DNA of 64,000 nt, from NCBI GenBank assembly GCA_012295275.1, contig CM022669.1:18910001-18974000 (forward strand). Direction: 5' to 3'. Below are positions 46,056 to 59,028 of this stretch, one piece after another; position 1 is the first letter of the stretch, and each line of letters begins with the position of its first letter. The stretch comes from Chrysomallon squamiferum (taxonomy: Eukaryota; Animalia; Mollusca). The notes under the pieces were generated by a model that searched no databases, was not told the origin of the DNA, and saw nothing but the letters and a program-made list of their open reading frames with translations. The position numbers were made by a program, and so were the translations under genes.

Positions 46056-46501
46056 TAATTACTATGTCTTTTACACACCAACACATTCATATAACGTTTT
46101 TTTTTTTTTTAAGCAAGAGTATTTTTATTTTTGTAGTCTAATTATTTTGATGTGATAATAAAATGTGTGTACATTGTTTGTTACTCATATAGACTTTAAT
46201 AATAAAAAAAAATTTAAAAAGTTCGATGGAAAATAAATAAAATATGTTTACGACATTTATTTCACACTATTTACTACATCAAACAAAGCATAAAACCATT
46301 GGTTTTTAACTTTCTTTCTTTCTGTTTTTTTTTTTTTTTTTTTTTTTATTTTTCCCATTTATATGTTTATGTTATTATTTTATTATTATTATTTGGTTGT
46401 TGTTGTTGTTGTCGTCGTTGTTGTTTTTATCCAAAATATTTTAGGCTACCACTCTTAGTACCATCATGTTTCAACTAAACATCTTTTCTTTTACTTTTCA
46501 G

Positions 46502-46706
46502 AGTGTTATATTCCACGTAGAGAGGCATCCAAAATATAAGTGGTACACGCAGTGCGTCACCTTCAATTTTTTCCCTTCAAAAGTACACGAGCTGGCCTAC
46601 AACCTCTTCAACATCATAGCTGTATATGCCTTACCTCTCCTCATCATCACGGTGGCATACTCTCTCATTCTCTGCGAAATATCGAAAAAATCACGACAGA
46701 GCAGAA
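46502..46706 (+). CDS. Internal exon of an AKH/ACP/GnRH-family GPCR (ECL2, TM5, start of ICL3)
   Basis: Pyrimidine-rich acceptor ...cttttacttttcAG ends at 46501; donor GTAAGT at 46707. 205 nt, phase 0 to phase 1. Translates as SVIFHVERHPKYKWYTQCVTFNFFPSKVHELAYNLFNIIAVYALPLLIITVAYSLILCEISKKSRQSR. The FHVExHP..WY.QCVTF ECL2 motif and Y.LPL.II...Y..I..EI TM5 pattern are typical of AKH/GnRH-type receptors. Confidence 0.95.
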
Positions 46707-47030
46707 GTAAGTAACATCAGTTATCGTTCTTGTTTTGTACTGACGTCATTTTCCTTTGTTGTCGTCGCTGTCATTGTTATTGCAAAGCAGAAGTAATGAT
46801 GTTAGTTATCGTTCTTGTTTTGTTTTGACGTGTTTCGCTTTCCCCTGTGTGGTCGTCAGAATTATTATTATTGTTAATCACACGTAGCATTTGTTATCGT
46901 TCTTGTCTTTGTGTAGAAGTTATTTCCCTTTTTTATCGTATAGTTGTCATTATCATCGTAATCGTTATTACACGAACGTGATCTTTATTGCGAAACGGAG
47001 GAAATATTAGCTATCGTTCTTCTTTTGTTT
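46700..47030. repeat. Degenerate ~86-115-bp tandem array starting at the exon donor
   Basis: (G/C)TATCGTTCTT anchors at about 46720, 46805, 46893 and 47010. The second copy repeats AGCAGAAGTAA from the exon/intron boundary. Confidence 0.8.
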
Positions 47031-49195
47031 TTAAATTATTCCCCATGGTTATTATTATTATTATTATTGTTGTTGTTGTTGTTGTTGTTGTTGTTTTCGT
47101 CGTTGTGGTCGTTGTTATTTTTGTTGTCGCTGTTGTTCTTGTTGAATAGAAATTACTTCAAAAAAACCTTGTTAACTGTCATCATTTCCGATTTTGTAAC
47201 TATTGTTTCATAATTATTACTGTTATTATTATTGTTATTATCATCATCAACATCATTATCATCATTAGTCGTAGTAGTGGTAGTAGTAGTTGTTGTATTG
47301 TTGTTGTTTCCATCATAATTATCAATAATGTTGCTTTTACGTGGTTCTTTTATTTTCCGCATTTGTGCTGTTTTTGTTATTACAGTACACGTTTTTCTTT
47401 TCTTTCATTTTTTTAACCTCTTTTTTTTTTTTTTAAATCCTGTCACCAAAGGACAATTTGCGCTATCTTGACATCATTACTAGTCCACATTTCCCTGACC
47501 TATTGTCGCAGTCATTCGTGTAGGTCATTTGCAAAATGGATATTCTCTTTAAAACTGATTTATCAGATGCGCTGCAGGCTCTGAAAACATTACAGTCTTA
47601 ATGAATGACTTGTTCACATCATAGATTTTCTAAATTAACATCGAGGGATGAAAATAATGGGGCCTAAATCCGACAGAAGAAAAAAAAAAAAATAATAATA
47701 ATAATAATAATAAAAAATATTGATCAGTGTATCTCAGGTTTAAATATATATGCAATATTTAATATTGAATTTAGATCATTATTTAAATCAAATTTAAATA
47801 AATATATGAAAAACAAAATAGAGAGAATGAAAATTGGTGGAGTTGTTACGAAATCAGATACTGAATCTTTTTGTTTGTTTTTTATTTTTTGTTGTTTTTG
47901 TTGTTGCTGCTGTTTTTATTATTATTTTATTTTTTCAATGTTATGTAATGAAAATATTTTTGATGTCGTTCTCATTATTTTTGTAGTTGAAGAAATCCTT
48001 ATTATTTGTGTTGTGTAGTTATTATTATTATTATTATTATCGTTGATGTTGTTGTTGTTGAAGATGATGACGATGTTGTTGTCGTTGTTTTTCATTATCA
48101 TAATATCAGAAAGGAAACACTCAAACTGTGTAGTATAAATGTATAATTATATCACAGAAATATTTTGTTACATCTGAACAAACCTCCATAAAAGTGTATG
48201 CATATAATTATCCAACAACAAAATATTCACATAACTAATCTGACATAATTATCTTAACATTTGATATTAAATTTGTCTTATGGAACGTGTTGGACAAAAA
48301 AAACAAAAAACAACTAAACAACTGAACCCAAAATCAGCTGTTGTTGTTTCATTTAGGAGTTATTTCTGAAATCTCTTGTGAACGATGAATCCGACATGAA
48401 AGAAAAGATTAACATCACACAAGTTATTAGGTTAGCCTTTGGAACAGCGTGATATTTCTCTCTGCAGCTACTACGACGTTACGTCTTTTCTTTGTCTCTC
48501 CGTAACTTGTTTAATGAGTGGAAGAATCTCTTTGAGAAAAACAACGCCCACTATTTTTCAAACGCTTCTGATGTCGTTATTATAATCATGTAAAGAAAAC
48601 AGGTAAAATAAAATGATGCTGGTGATGATGATGATGATGATGATGAAGATACTAATACTGAGAAGACGAACAAGAAGAAGAATGATAATGATGTACATGA
48701 TAATAAACTACTGCTGTTAGATGTTATCGTTGTTGTTGTTGTTGTTGTTGTAGTTGTAGTAGTCCTGATAGTTATGTATTGCAGCAACAGTAGTAGAAAC
48801 AGATGTGGTGGTTGACTTTAACAGCTGTTGTTGTAATAGTAAAGTTGCAGAAGATAATGTAATAACGACAACAACGATAAAACGTTTGGCCCACTCAATG
48901 GGTTTGACTTGAATGTGTTCAAGATTAGTGTATGTTTGCCACTGGAACGTAATTCATTGAAATTGTGCTCGTTTTTATGTTCTGTTTGTTGAGGATCGAT
49001 TCACTGGACTTTTTCTCGTTATAACCAATTCTCGATATCAGAGCAAAACGTTTGTGGTATGTACTGTATTGCCTGTTTTTGCTGCTATTCTCAATTAGCA
49101 TGGAGGTAGCGATTTTCTTTCATTTTTATCACAAGTATAATACCAGATAACTTTAAATTTAAAATGTTTTAAAAATAAGTCTTGAAATTAGTTGT

Positions 49196-49240
<45 letters not shown>

Positions 49241-49915
49241 AATGAAGGAGCCTAACTCTAAAGGCTCTTTCTTTATATTTTATACTTTTTTTTATAAAAG
49301 CATGTCGTATTTCAGTCAAAGAAAATTCTAAGAATATTGCTTTCTCCTTTACTTTTTGACAGAAATATAATTGTCATTCAAACGTTATTTTTTGTGTTGT
49401 TTTTTTTGTCCAGACGTTACAGCGAGTGATGTATAAGCATATTGTATTGCGGTCAATGTTTTCTCTCAAAAGAAAATTATTTTCTGGTCGTTAATGAGAA
49501 GCATGTGAATATGTGACACTGCTGTTTTTCTTACCAAATTGGACTGTTTCTGATGCAATGTCACTGGCTGAGAAACAACCGAGGGGGGAATTCGTTTATT
49601 TAGTGTAATAACTTGCTTATTGTTCACAAGAAACCGTAAAAGACCGGTAATTTATTTTCCCCGAGGCCAAGAGAGTTCCACAATCACGTGCAGGTTAAGG
49701 AGACCTAGGAATGCCTTCTGCGACGTACTTGTTTTCTTCTAAAAATAGATTTTGTGTGTCTGTCTGTATTTTCTGTCATTGTGTCAATCAAAATATTTGT
49801 TAGCTTGTTTATCTGGTTCCCTGTTTGAGTGGGTGTCCATCAATCTACATGTCTTTCAGTTTCCCTGTCTGTCTCTCTGCCAGTCTGTTTGTTTACCTGT
49901 TCGTTATTTGTTGTC

Positions 49916-49961
<46 letters not shown>

Positions 49962-51076
49962 CTTTTTTATTATTATTTCATTTATTTCGTTGATTGTTTC
50001 ATCGATCGAAATAAACTGTCTAGGACTATTCACGTCGATTTTTTTTTTTTATTTGGTCAGTTTTCCCTTAACTCATTGTAAAGAGCTATTGCTGATCCCG
50101 ACTGCTCTAGTCATCAATCTACAGAGGGAAAAATAGATGTGTATTTAATGGTTTAACTTATTTTAGCTTTAATGAACTTAAAAAGATGGTTAACTCTGTC
50201 AATCATCGTTCAGTGTTGTCGTTCTTTTTTCTTTTCTTTTTTTTTAAATAATTGAACTAACAAGAAATATTATACTTTGAGATGAGTCCGGTATTTTTTA
50301 TTTTTTATTTTTTTTTATTCTACCGCTGTTGATGTTGTTATTTTTGGGGTATTGCTTTTGCTGCTGCTGTTGACTTAGTAAATCAGAAACGTTTATTCAG
50401 TGGAATGTTTCAGTCAATATAGTTTTGTCATTTTATTATCAAAACGAATAAGAAATATGTTTCATGACAAACCTCCTTTCGGTAAGATTTTATCGAGAAC
50501 CTTTTCTAGAATTTTATTTCTATATAAAACCACATTTATAATTGTACTGGGTTCATAAGGTTTGATTAAATCACATGATTAACAAAACAAAGATGACTGC
50601 AATTCATCACTAACGAAAAATTTGTGCGAAAAGAGGGCACGTTTCTGAGAATGTGTACCTTTTATTAATTCGCTTGTACCCACATTCACAAACACGCACA
50701 CATACATATCTCTGAAACAACCCCAGCATATGCTGCATTGCAATGGTTGGTAAAAAGATAAAGCCAATAACAGAAACAGAGGAAGAAAAAAAACAGATAA
50801 AAAAATGATCTGTTATTACAAGTGTGCCTGTGCACGTAAGATCAAGCATTAAGTAACGTCTAGAGTCTTATGTTTGAGTTTGATAGATTTCTCTTCTCCA
50901 CAGTTTGTGTGGTTACACAGAACTGCCTAGCTGAAAACTGGTGATCACCGAAAACACTAAACAGATGATTAATTTCTTCAATCTGTTTGTTTTGTTGCTT
51001 CCCCCCACCCGTTTTTTGTTGTTTTATTGTTGCTTTTTCTTTAATGTTGCTTGTTTTTGTTTGCATGTATGTCTGT

Positions 51077-51169
<93 letters not shown>

Positions 51170-51544
51170 TGGTTTGTTTCACTAGCATGCATTCTCCGAA
51201 TACTGTGTTTGAATTGTTTAAAGAGAAGCATGTTTGTTATATATATTGTCAAGAGAGTTTGATAGTTATGCCGTTGACATACATCCTAGTTTAGCATAGA
51301 TACATCAGTATAATTTTTTTTTATTATTATTATTATTATTATTTTTAATATTTAAATATAAATGTTTTGATTTTAATAAAAACCAGATAAAATAGTCAGA
51401 TAGTATTATACCATCATTGTACTTATTTACTAGTGTTTGCTTATGTATTTCATAAACCAAAAATGGGTCAAAGGCTGCAATGAAAAAAAAAAAAATAAAT
51501 AAAAAATAATAAATCGGTAAAAGTAACTCTTCTGTCTGACCCTG

Positions 51545-51576
<32 letters not shown>

Positions 51577-52034
51577 CTCAGTCTGTTAATACGCGTGTCG
51601 TATAATTTGTTACACTAAGCACTGAAAAGTAATGAAATACCGCAACACCTATTATCTCCAGTTACAAAAATATTCACTGCATTACACAATCCCCGAGCAT
51701 AAGCCGTCTGCCTGAAAAGGTATAATTTAGTTCGTTAGAGAAGTGGTTTGAGTGAAAAGCCGATACAGCAGTCCTTCACACGCGCACAAATAATTCAGAA
51801 TTGAGAAGTCCACACTTGGTTATGAGGGGAATAGAGTGCTTTTAACCTATCGTTTCAGAGATGAGCAGTTTTAGCCAAAGAGGGTTTTTGCAGTTTTAAA
51901 ACTATCCTCGATAACAGCAGGACTAATGAGTAACGTCTGTAGTAAACGATCAAACTTTAAAAAAAAAGAAGAGCGGAACCAATACTTGAACGCAAACGGA
52001 GGGTTGTCCGCAGTTGTTCAGAAACGGTTGTATT

Positions 52035-52331
52035 GCAGAGCGATGTAGTTAACGTGAACTGGCAGAGCGATGTAGTTAACGTGAACTGGCAGAGCGATGT
52101 AATTAACGTGAACTGGCAGAGCGACGTAATTAACGTGAACTGGCAGAGCGACGTAATTAACGTGAACTGGCAGAGCGATGTAGTTAACGTGAACTGGCAG
52201 AGCGATGTAGTTAACGTGAACTGGCAGAGCGATGTAGTTAACGTGAACTGGCAGAGCGATGTAGTTAACGTGAACTGGCAGAGCGATGTAGTTAACGTGA
52301 ACTGGCAGAGCGATGTAGTTAACGTGAACTG
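52035..52331. repeat. 27-bp minisatellite, 11 near-identical copies
   Basis: Unit GCAGAGCGATGTAGTTAACGTGAACTG. Copies 3-5 carry GTAATT and copies 4-5 also carry GAC. It produces the QSDVVNVNW-repeat ORF at 52033-52341. Confidence 0.98.
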
Positions 52332-52651
52332 GCTTTATTGACGTGCTGCAGAAATAAGCGATGGATTCTGACAGTTTGAAACATTACGTGTCATAAACAA
52401 GATGCATCGACAAATAATTATCTGCATGTCAATAGATTTGTAATTAAGATAAAAGTTTGCTAAGGCCTTTCGAGGGTTGCATTTCTTACCGCGAAGAGTG
52501 GAGAAAGCCAAGGATGTTTTTTTTTGTTTTTTTTTTTGTTCTATTATAAGTTAGATCATGCGATAATAGCCATAAATTCAACGATTATTCATTGTAATAA
52601 TATTTCAATGACGGTTCATTGCAGTTAAGTATTATTCTGTCTATCTTTGAA

Positions 52652-52738
<87 letters not shown>

Positions 52739-54311
52739 ACCCCTCTCTGTCTCTTTTCGACCTCCTATTTTTAACAGAAGGTCAATGCTTTTAAGAAGAT
52801 ATTGGAGCAATGTCCTTTTTTTTAAAAAGAAAGTACTTTTTCTTTCAGTTTAATTTAATTTAAACATACTGGATTACGTTTCGCTTAATATAGTCAGGTT
52901 TTGTTTTTTTCTGGTATAGCTTCTAAGTAATTTAATTAATTAGGCCACTGTTTCATGTCTTTTTCAATCGTTTTCTTTCCTTTTCTTTTAATCAAAACAA
53001 AATTGTTACGTTAGTCTACCTATTACAGAAAAAATGATCAAAGACAAGCCCAGATGAGTTCATTGGCCTTAATTTTAACTAACTGAACTAAAACAGAAAA
53101 GATGTTTTTGAACTAAATTCATTTCAGAATTTTTGCTATATTCTTTTCTAAATCAGATATCTTCTTGCTTTTTTCTTTTCTTTTTTTCTTTTTCTTATTC
53201 ATTATCTTTTTTGTTTGTTTGTCTGTGTGGTATGTTTTATTAATGACAGTTTTGATCAACATTATAAGTTGCACGTCATTCGTAACAACGTTCGGTTTTA
53301 TTCACGATACTGTTTCTTTAAACATCAGAATTCCTGTGTGTTTTTCGACATGTTATGTGATTGTCACACGGAGAGTATTGCTGGAAATTACAGCATGACT
53401 TGTGTTATAGAAACTGTTTAGATTATTTTTGTTTTTTTATCAGAGAAAACAAGTTTATGTAATGTGTAATGGAAAACACTTCCATGCACTCACCTATATG
53501 AATAGATAGAGCTATAGATGAATGGATGGACGAATGATGGAGAGATGGATGGAGGGATGATGGAGAGATGGATGGATGCACGGATGGACTGATGGATGGA
53601 TGAATTAAAACAAGGGGTTTATATGAATGGTTCTTTTCACGGATGGATGAACTGTCGGATAACGAAACGGAACATAAGGACGAAAGAATTCAACGACAGA
53701 ATAATAAAAATAATTATTATTATAAAAGATATTTTAAAAGATGAATGTATAGGACGGAAATTATAACGGTTGTAAGTTCGCAGGAATTGATGGATGGACA
53801 GAGGGAGTAATATAGGGATAACTCTATGTATAAATATATAGAATAACACATACGATAAAAGTTATAGAGAGTAAACTAAACGACATAATATTATAAACTA
53901 AGAAATATTTTTTTTTTTTTTTTTTTTCAGCTTTTTGGTTTGATTTCATTTCATTTAAGATATAATTTGAAAATATCAAATTCCCGTCATTTTAGATAAT
54001 AAAAAAACACAAAAAAAAACACAAAAAAAACCCCAGACCTAGATAGATCGGCAGCCTTTGCAGTAACTGGCCGCTCCTTGGGAAAACAACTTGTGTTGAA
54101 AGTGACGATTTCGAACACTTACAGTTTAATTCGAGCAAAGGATGCATGAGATTAAATGAGGAGGTCGATTTAACGTGCAAAATGCCACGGAGAGAGAATT
54201 CACATCAAAATCTCTGTCATGCAGATTTTTGTCAATTATTATTCCATTTACGAAGGAAACTGAATATGCAAAATCAACAGTAGTAATATAAAATTGTTTT
54301 TCGCTTAATAT

Positions 54312-54353
<42 letters not shown>

Positions 54354-54885
54354 CCGTGTTTTAGACATGAAAAAATCGGGTTTATATCTATAGTTATTCT
54401 CGTATATTCGTTTTTTTTTTTTTTTTTTTTTCATGTTGTTGTCTGTGTTGTTGTTGCTTATTACTATTATTGTTTTAATTTTATCTTATTAGAGTATATT
54501 GCATTTCTGTTCGTTACACCTCATTACGTTAAGCTGTACTGCATTATGTTACATTAAAAAATAGTACATTATATTATTTATCTATTTATTTACTAAATAT
54601 TTATTTACGAATTTATTTATTTACCAGTTATTTATTTATTTATCGGAGATAGAAAGTTTAATTATTTTACGATCAGCTTCGTGCTGTCACGTGACAAACT
54701 AATTCGTGTTCTTATTACTGACAATGACAACTCATCAAGTTTATTTTCTTGTCAACACTCCGGGAATTAAAACATAATTACAACACCCGTATGTGAACAT
54801 CTACTGGTATTTTTGAACTGACAAATAATATCTGGAAATCGGGCACTGGTTTTATACGCCCGTCTGTCTGTCTTTTTCTGACTGC

Positions 54886-54969
<84 letters not shown>

Positions 54970-55501
54970 ATAAGAAACAGTCGTTTTTGTTTGTCTTTTT
55001 TTTTTTCTGCCTTTTTTTCACATATTAAACAGAGTTAAAGCGATCAAGAGATTGACCTTTCCATAAAGGAATTCTTTACCGCTAAGACACCGCCTGACCA
55101 AAAACACTCAGGAATATCTATCTTTTCCATCAACTTACAAATTCGTGTTCGAATCCAGAATTACGCCTTGTTGTCTGACATTTAAATATATATATATATA
55201 TATATATATTGAAGCTTTGAATTCAAAACTTGTAATTCTAAGATGTAATAGAGTGAAGGGTTTAAGCTAGAAGGAATCTGCTATATTACTGATAAGAGAT
55301 TAGCTGGTTTAAAATAGTTGTAACAGCTACTGCGTGACATCGTTCTCAAAAACCAGAGAATTACACTTAGTTTATTAAAAGGAATTAAACTCTGGTTTAA
55401 ACAGCCCCTGATTTCGTTAAAACCTGTTATCGCGCCTTTAAAATGATTCTAATTCAAATTAGATTAATTTACACTGATAATCTGGTTTTGTTGTTTTAAT
55501 T

Positions 55502-55608
<107 letters not shown>

Positions 55609-55642
55609 TGTGCCTATGTACGCACGGTCATTGACACCCACG

Positions 55643-55676
<34 letters not shown>

Positions 55677-56075
55677 CACACACAATGTTTTGTCGATTTG
55701 AAAGGCAAGATAATTTGATTTGAACCTAACCTAAACGCGAAGAATCACTTCAGTTCAATTTAATTTGAATTAATTTCATGTTTTTGACATTAAAATACAA
55801 TTTAAGTGCTCTGACCTTAATCAACACACGTAGTTATCTCCCTTAATAACGAGTTTTCTCTGTCAGAAAGGGTTAAAAAAAAAAAAAAAACTTTAATTTC
55901 AGGTTTTCTTAATTTTCTTAGAATAAGTTCACTTTTCCATCCTCGATCCAAAGTGACAACACAAACCTATATTTATTCTAATACGTTCGAAATGTTTGAA
56001 TCACTTTCAATCAGAACCACAGCCTACTTTCACGTCACGCAGAACGATAATTTTATTATTTTTATTTATTTTCAG

Positions 56076-56177
56076 ATGAATTACGTGAACCCACGTCACA
56101 GATGGGACTCAGAAGATCAGCAGTAGGAAACATAGAGAGAGCGAGAATACGAACACTCAAAATGACTCTTGTTATAG
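56076..56177 (+). CDS. Internal exon of the same GPCR (ICL3 to start of TM6)
   Basis: Acceptor ...tttattttcAG ends at 56075; donor GTAAAG at 56178. 102 nt, phase 1 to phase 1, in frame with the previous exon: (N)ELREPTSQMGLRRSAVGNIERARIRTLKMTLVI. LRRS....IERAR.RTLKMT is the GnRH/AKH receptor ICL3-TM6 signature. Too short to appear in the ORF track. Confidence 0.95.
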
Positions 56178-57030
56178 GTAAAGAAAAAAATATGACGTAA
56201 TCAGCGAGCCTCCATCTATCTAATTACAGATTACGTCAAATTTCGAGCAGACTGAGTGGTGCAAATATTTATTTTCCATGTGTGAAACGCTTCGTTTGTT
56301 TGCGCAACTAGCTTATTCAAAATTAAAGTGACTGCGCAAATATGCCTAACTCAATATCAGTAATCATGACGTATTCAGAAAATAGTATTGTTTGAAAAGT
56401 AAAGTTTCAAAAAAAATAAAATAAAATAGAAAAAAAGAAAGAAAGAAAACCAAAAAAAATCCCCCCAAAAACCGCAAGACCAAAAACGAAAATGTCATTA
56501 TTAACGTAACATTTACTTTCAAGATGATATCAAATGATATATGCTTATCCTTAATAAATAAATAAATAAATCATTTCCTCCAAACATAATTTCCCAATGC
56601 TGGTTATAAAAAGATATTGGAATTAATCCTATATTCTATGAGCAGGGTCAAAATTTGTTTTAACATTTCATGTTTTTGCGTAAACTTTTATACAACTTTT
56701 AATAAACTCTGAAAATTCAAGATAAACATGTTGCTTAAATATTAATTTCTATTTTAATTCTGTTTTTTTTGTTGTTCTTTCCAAAATTAGCTAAACACAT
56801 CACTTTTTAGTGGCTTTTAAAGTTTAGAATTTTTATGCTAGTTCAAAACGTATTATAGTTAATATAGTATATAATTATTACGTAATGTAACGCTAGTTGT
56901 TTTTTTTTATAATCTTTCTGGTATGAATTACATGTGGAATTTTCAGTGCCGCTTTTGTGTTCTGTGATGACTAAAAGGATATATTCATTCATTCAATATT
57001 AAAAATACTAAATTTATTTTATTATTTCAG

Positions 57031-57094
57031 TTGGTGTTTTCGTCATGTGCTGGACGCCATATTTTGTAATATCTGCTTGGTGGTGGTTTGACAG
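57031..57094 (+). CDS. Internal exon of the same GPCR (TM6 to start of ECL3)
   Basis: Acceptor ...attatttcAG ends at 57030; donor GTATGT at 57095. 64 nt, phase 1 to phase 2, in frame: (V)GVFVMCWTPYFVISAWWWFD(R/S). Contains the class A CWxP motif as CWTPY followed by the W.W.D motif seen in AKH/GnRH receptors. Confidence 0.95.
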
Positions 57095-57152
57095 GTATGT
57101 ACAGTGCTTTTGTCTTAATTTAATAGTATATCCTAAAACACAATGTCACAAA

Positions 57153-57191
<39 letters not shown>

Positions 57192-57314
57192 AAAGGAGTT
57201 AAAGATTGACGCCCACTGAAACAAAGAATATCAGGAAGGAAACATATTTTGGTATTTAAGTATCCGTCTCAGGTTGTTGTTTTTTTTCCTGTTTTTTTTA
57301 CGACTGATATATAA

Positions 57315-57345
<31 letters not shown>

Positions 57346-58585
57346 TGTGTATGTATGTATGTATGTATATGTATGTATGTATGTGTGTATGTATGTATGT
57401 ATGTTAGTGTGTATGTATGTGTGTATGTGTGTGTTTATAATGATTATTTGAAATAACAAACCGCTCTTGAGAAAGAAACCAGAAGAAAACTGATTTTATT
57501 ATATTGCAATGTCAGTAATGAAGTTACTTTTATCTTTATTTTGATTTCGCTGAATCAGCGTAACGTTTTTTGACCTGCTGATTAACAGATAACTCGTGTC
57601 AGGATTCAACAACAATTCTCTGGTTTGTTGAAATAATCAAATATTTATCGATCCGTTTTTCTCTTTTATTGTCTCCCCTTTCTGCAGTTTCCAGACTCAA
57701 AAGGTAGTTATCGCAAGGTCGTTAATTGTAAAGGATTATCAATACAATATTAAGTAGGTAGCGAATTCTTTCGTCGTTAGTTTTAACATTTCATCAATAA
57801 ATGAGTGTTTTTTGTTTATATATATGAGAATTTTATAAAATATAAAGTATATATGAAATTACATTCGAATGAACATTTGTTATTATTATTAATACCTGCA
57901 GCAGACGAAATAATTGTGTTGTTTTTATCAATACCTGTTATTGTTGTAGTTGTTGCTAAAAAAAAATGAAGAAATAACAACAGAAACTATTTATTTTCAA
58001 CTGCTGTCTTTTTAAACATTTTTATTAAAAAAAAAAAAAAAAAGTATACATTTATTTTGCATTTCTATTTCGATCGTACTTTTAAATCCTAAAGGAAAGT
58101 TGTTTTCTTTCTTTTTTGTCCTTTTTTTCTTTTAAAATGGGTTAACTAAACTAATCTATTATTTATTAAACACAAATCTTTTGGCCAGTCACGATTTCAC
58201 TGTAAATTACTATTACTCCTTAAAATAGCGCTTGGAGATTTGGAACAATGTAAAATCCGTAATATATGTTTGTTCCATTAAAGTATTAAACAAGTGAATG
58301 TCTTTAATCGTATTAGAAATAATCATTTTTCTGTTACATCTTTCCTTCTTTTTTCTTTACAATATTTTTTTTAAATATCTGTTATATATATATATATATT
58401 ATAAATATTTCATATATAAGCCGTTGTTGTTTTCATATTTTGAGGGTTTATTTGTTTGTTTTTTATTGTTTTTGTTTTGTTTGGGGTTTTTTTGGTAGGC
58501 CGAGTTTTGTGTGTGATATGGTTTTTTTTGTTGTTGTTGGTTTTGTTACTGTTTTTAACAGAATTAACAATTTAATCATTTGTAA

Positions 58586-59028
58586 TATGCTTACATCAGC
58601 TGAACGTTGAAGGACGCTTGTCGAGGTTACATAATCCATGAACCTGCGATAATTTAGAGTTTAAGAGGATTTATTACACAGAAGAGAATGTTAGTGTTAG
58701 TGTTAGTGTGTTAGGGTAACAGTTAAAAACAAGACAGTGTTACAGTTCTAGGGCATTCCCTAACAGCTGTTGATAAATCTACATAAATAAATATTATTTT
58801 TCATCTTTCTTTGCTAGTAGTCAACTTTGTATCTTTGGTCGTTAAAAAGCTTTTGTAGTGATATTTGAAGTTAAAGCACGCTAATCTGGACACGTTGATT
58901 AGAAGACCAGAGAAATGAAGAGAACGGAAACATAATAAACAAGTTATCTAAAATGTTCAAGCCGATTGGGATTCGAACTCTGTACCTACATATCTTTTAA
59001 CAAATACATTACCATTGAATAATCAAGC
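58586..59028 (-). mobile_element. Decayed tRNA-derived SINE interrupted by a ~225-bp segment
   Basis: Minus strand of 59028-58966 reads GCTTGATTATTCAATGGTAATG...GTAGGTACAGAGTTCGAATCCC, with A-box-like and B-box motifs at tRNA spacing. Short (CACTAA)n repeats lie at about 58690-58715. Boundaries approximate. Confidence 0.5.
58740..58965 (+). repeat. Copy 1 of a ~225-bp dispersed direct repeat
   Basis: TTACAGTTCTAGGGCATTC...AAGTTAAAGCACGCTAATCTG...GTTCAAGCCGA matches 60472-60702 along its full length with scattered substitutions. Confidence 0.95.

Noticed and set aside
46466-46714. The 82-aa ORF read as a complete gene
   Set aside because: Its first 12 codons are the intron's pyrimidine tract and its stop lies past the donor; only 46502-46706 is exon.
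52035-52331. CRISPR array or repeat protein (QSDVVNVNW)n
   Set aside because: Units are head-to-tail with no spacers, there are no cas genes, the context is a eukaryotic intron, and there is no ATG or splice evidence.
58966-59028. Functional tRNA gene on the minus strand
   Set aside because: Only the box motifs remain; I could not pair acceptor or anticodon stems, so it is treated as a SINE head.
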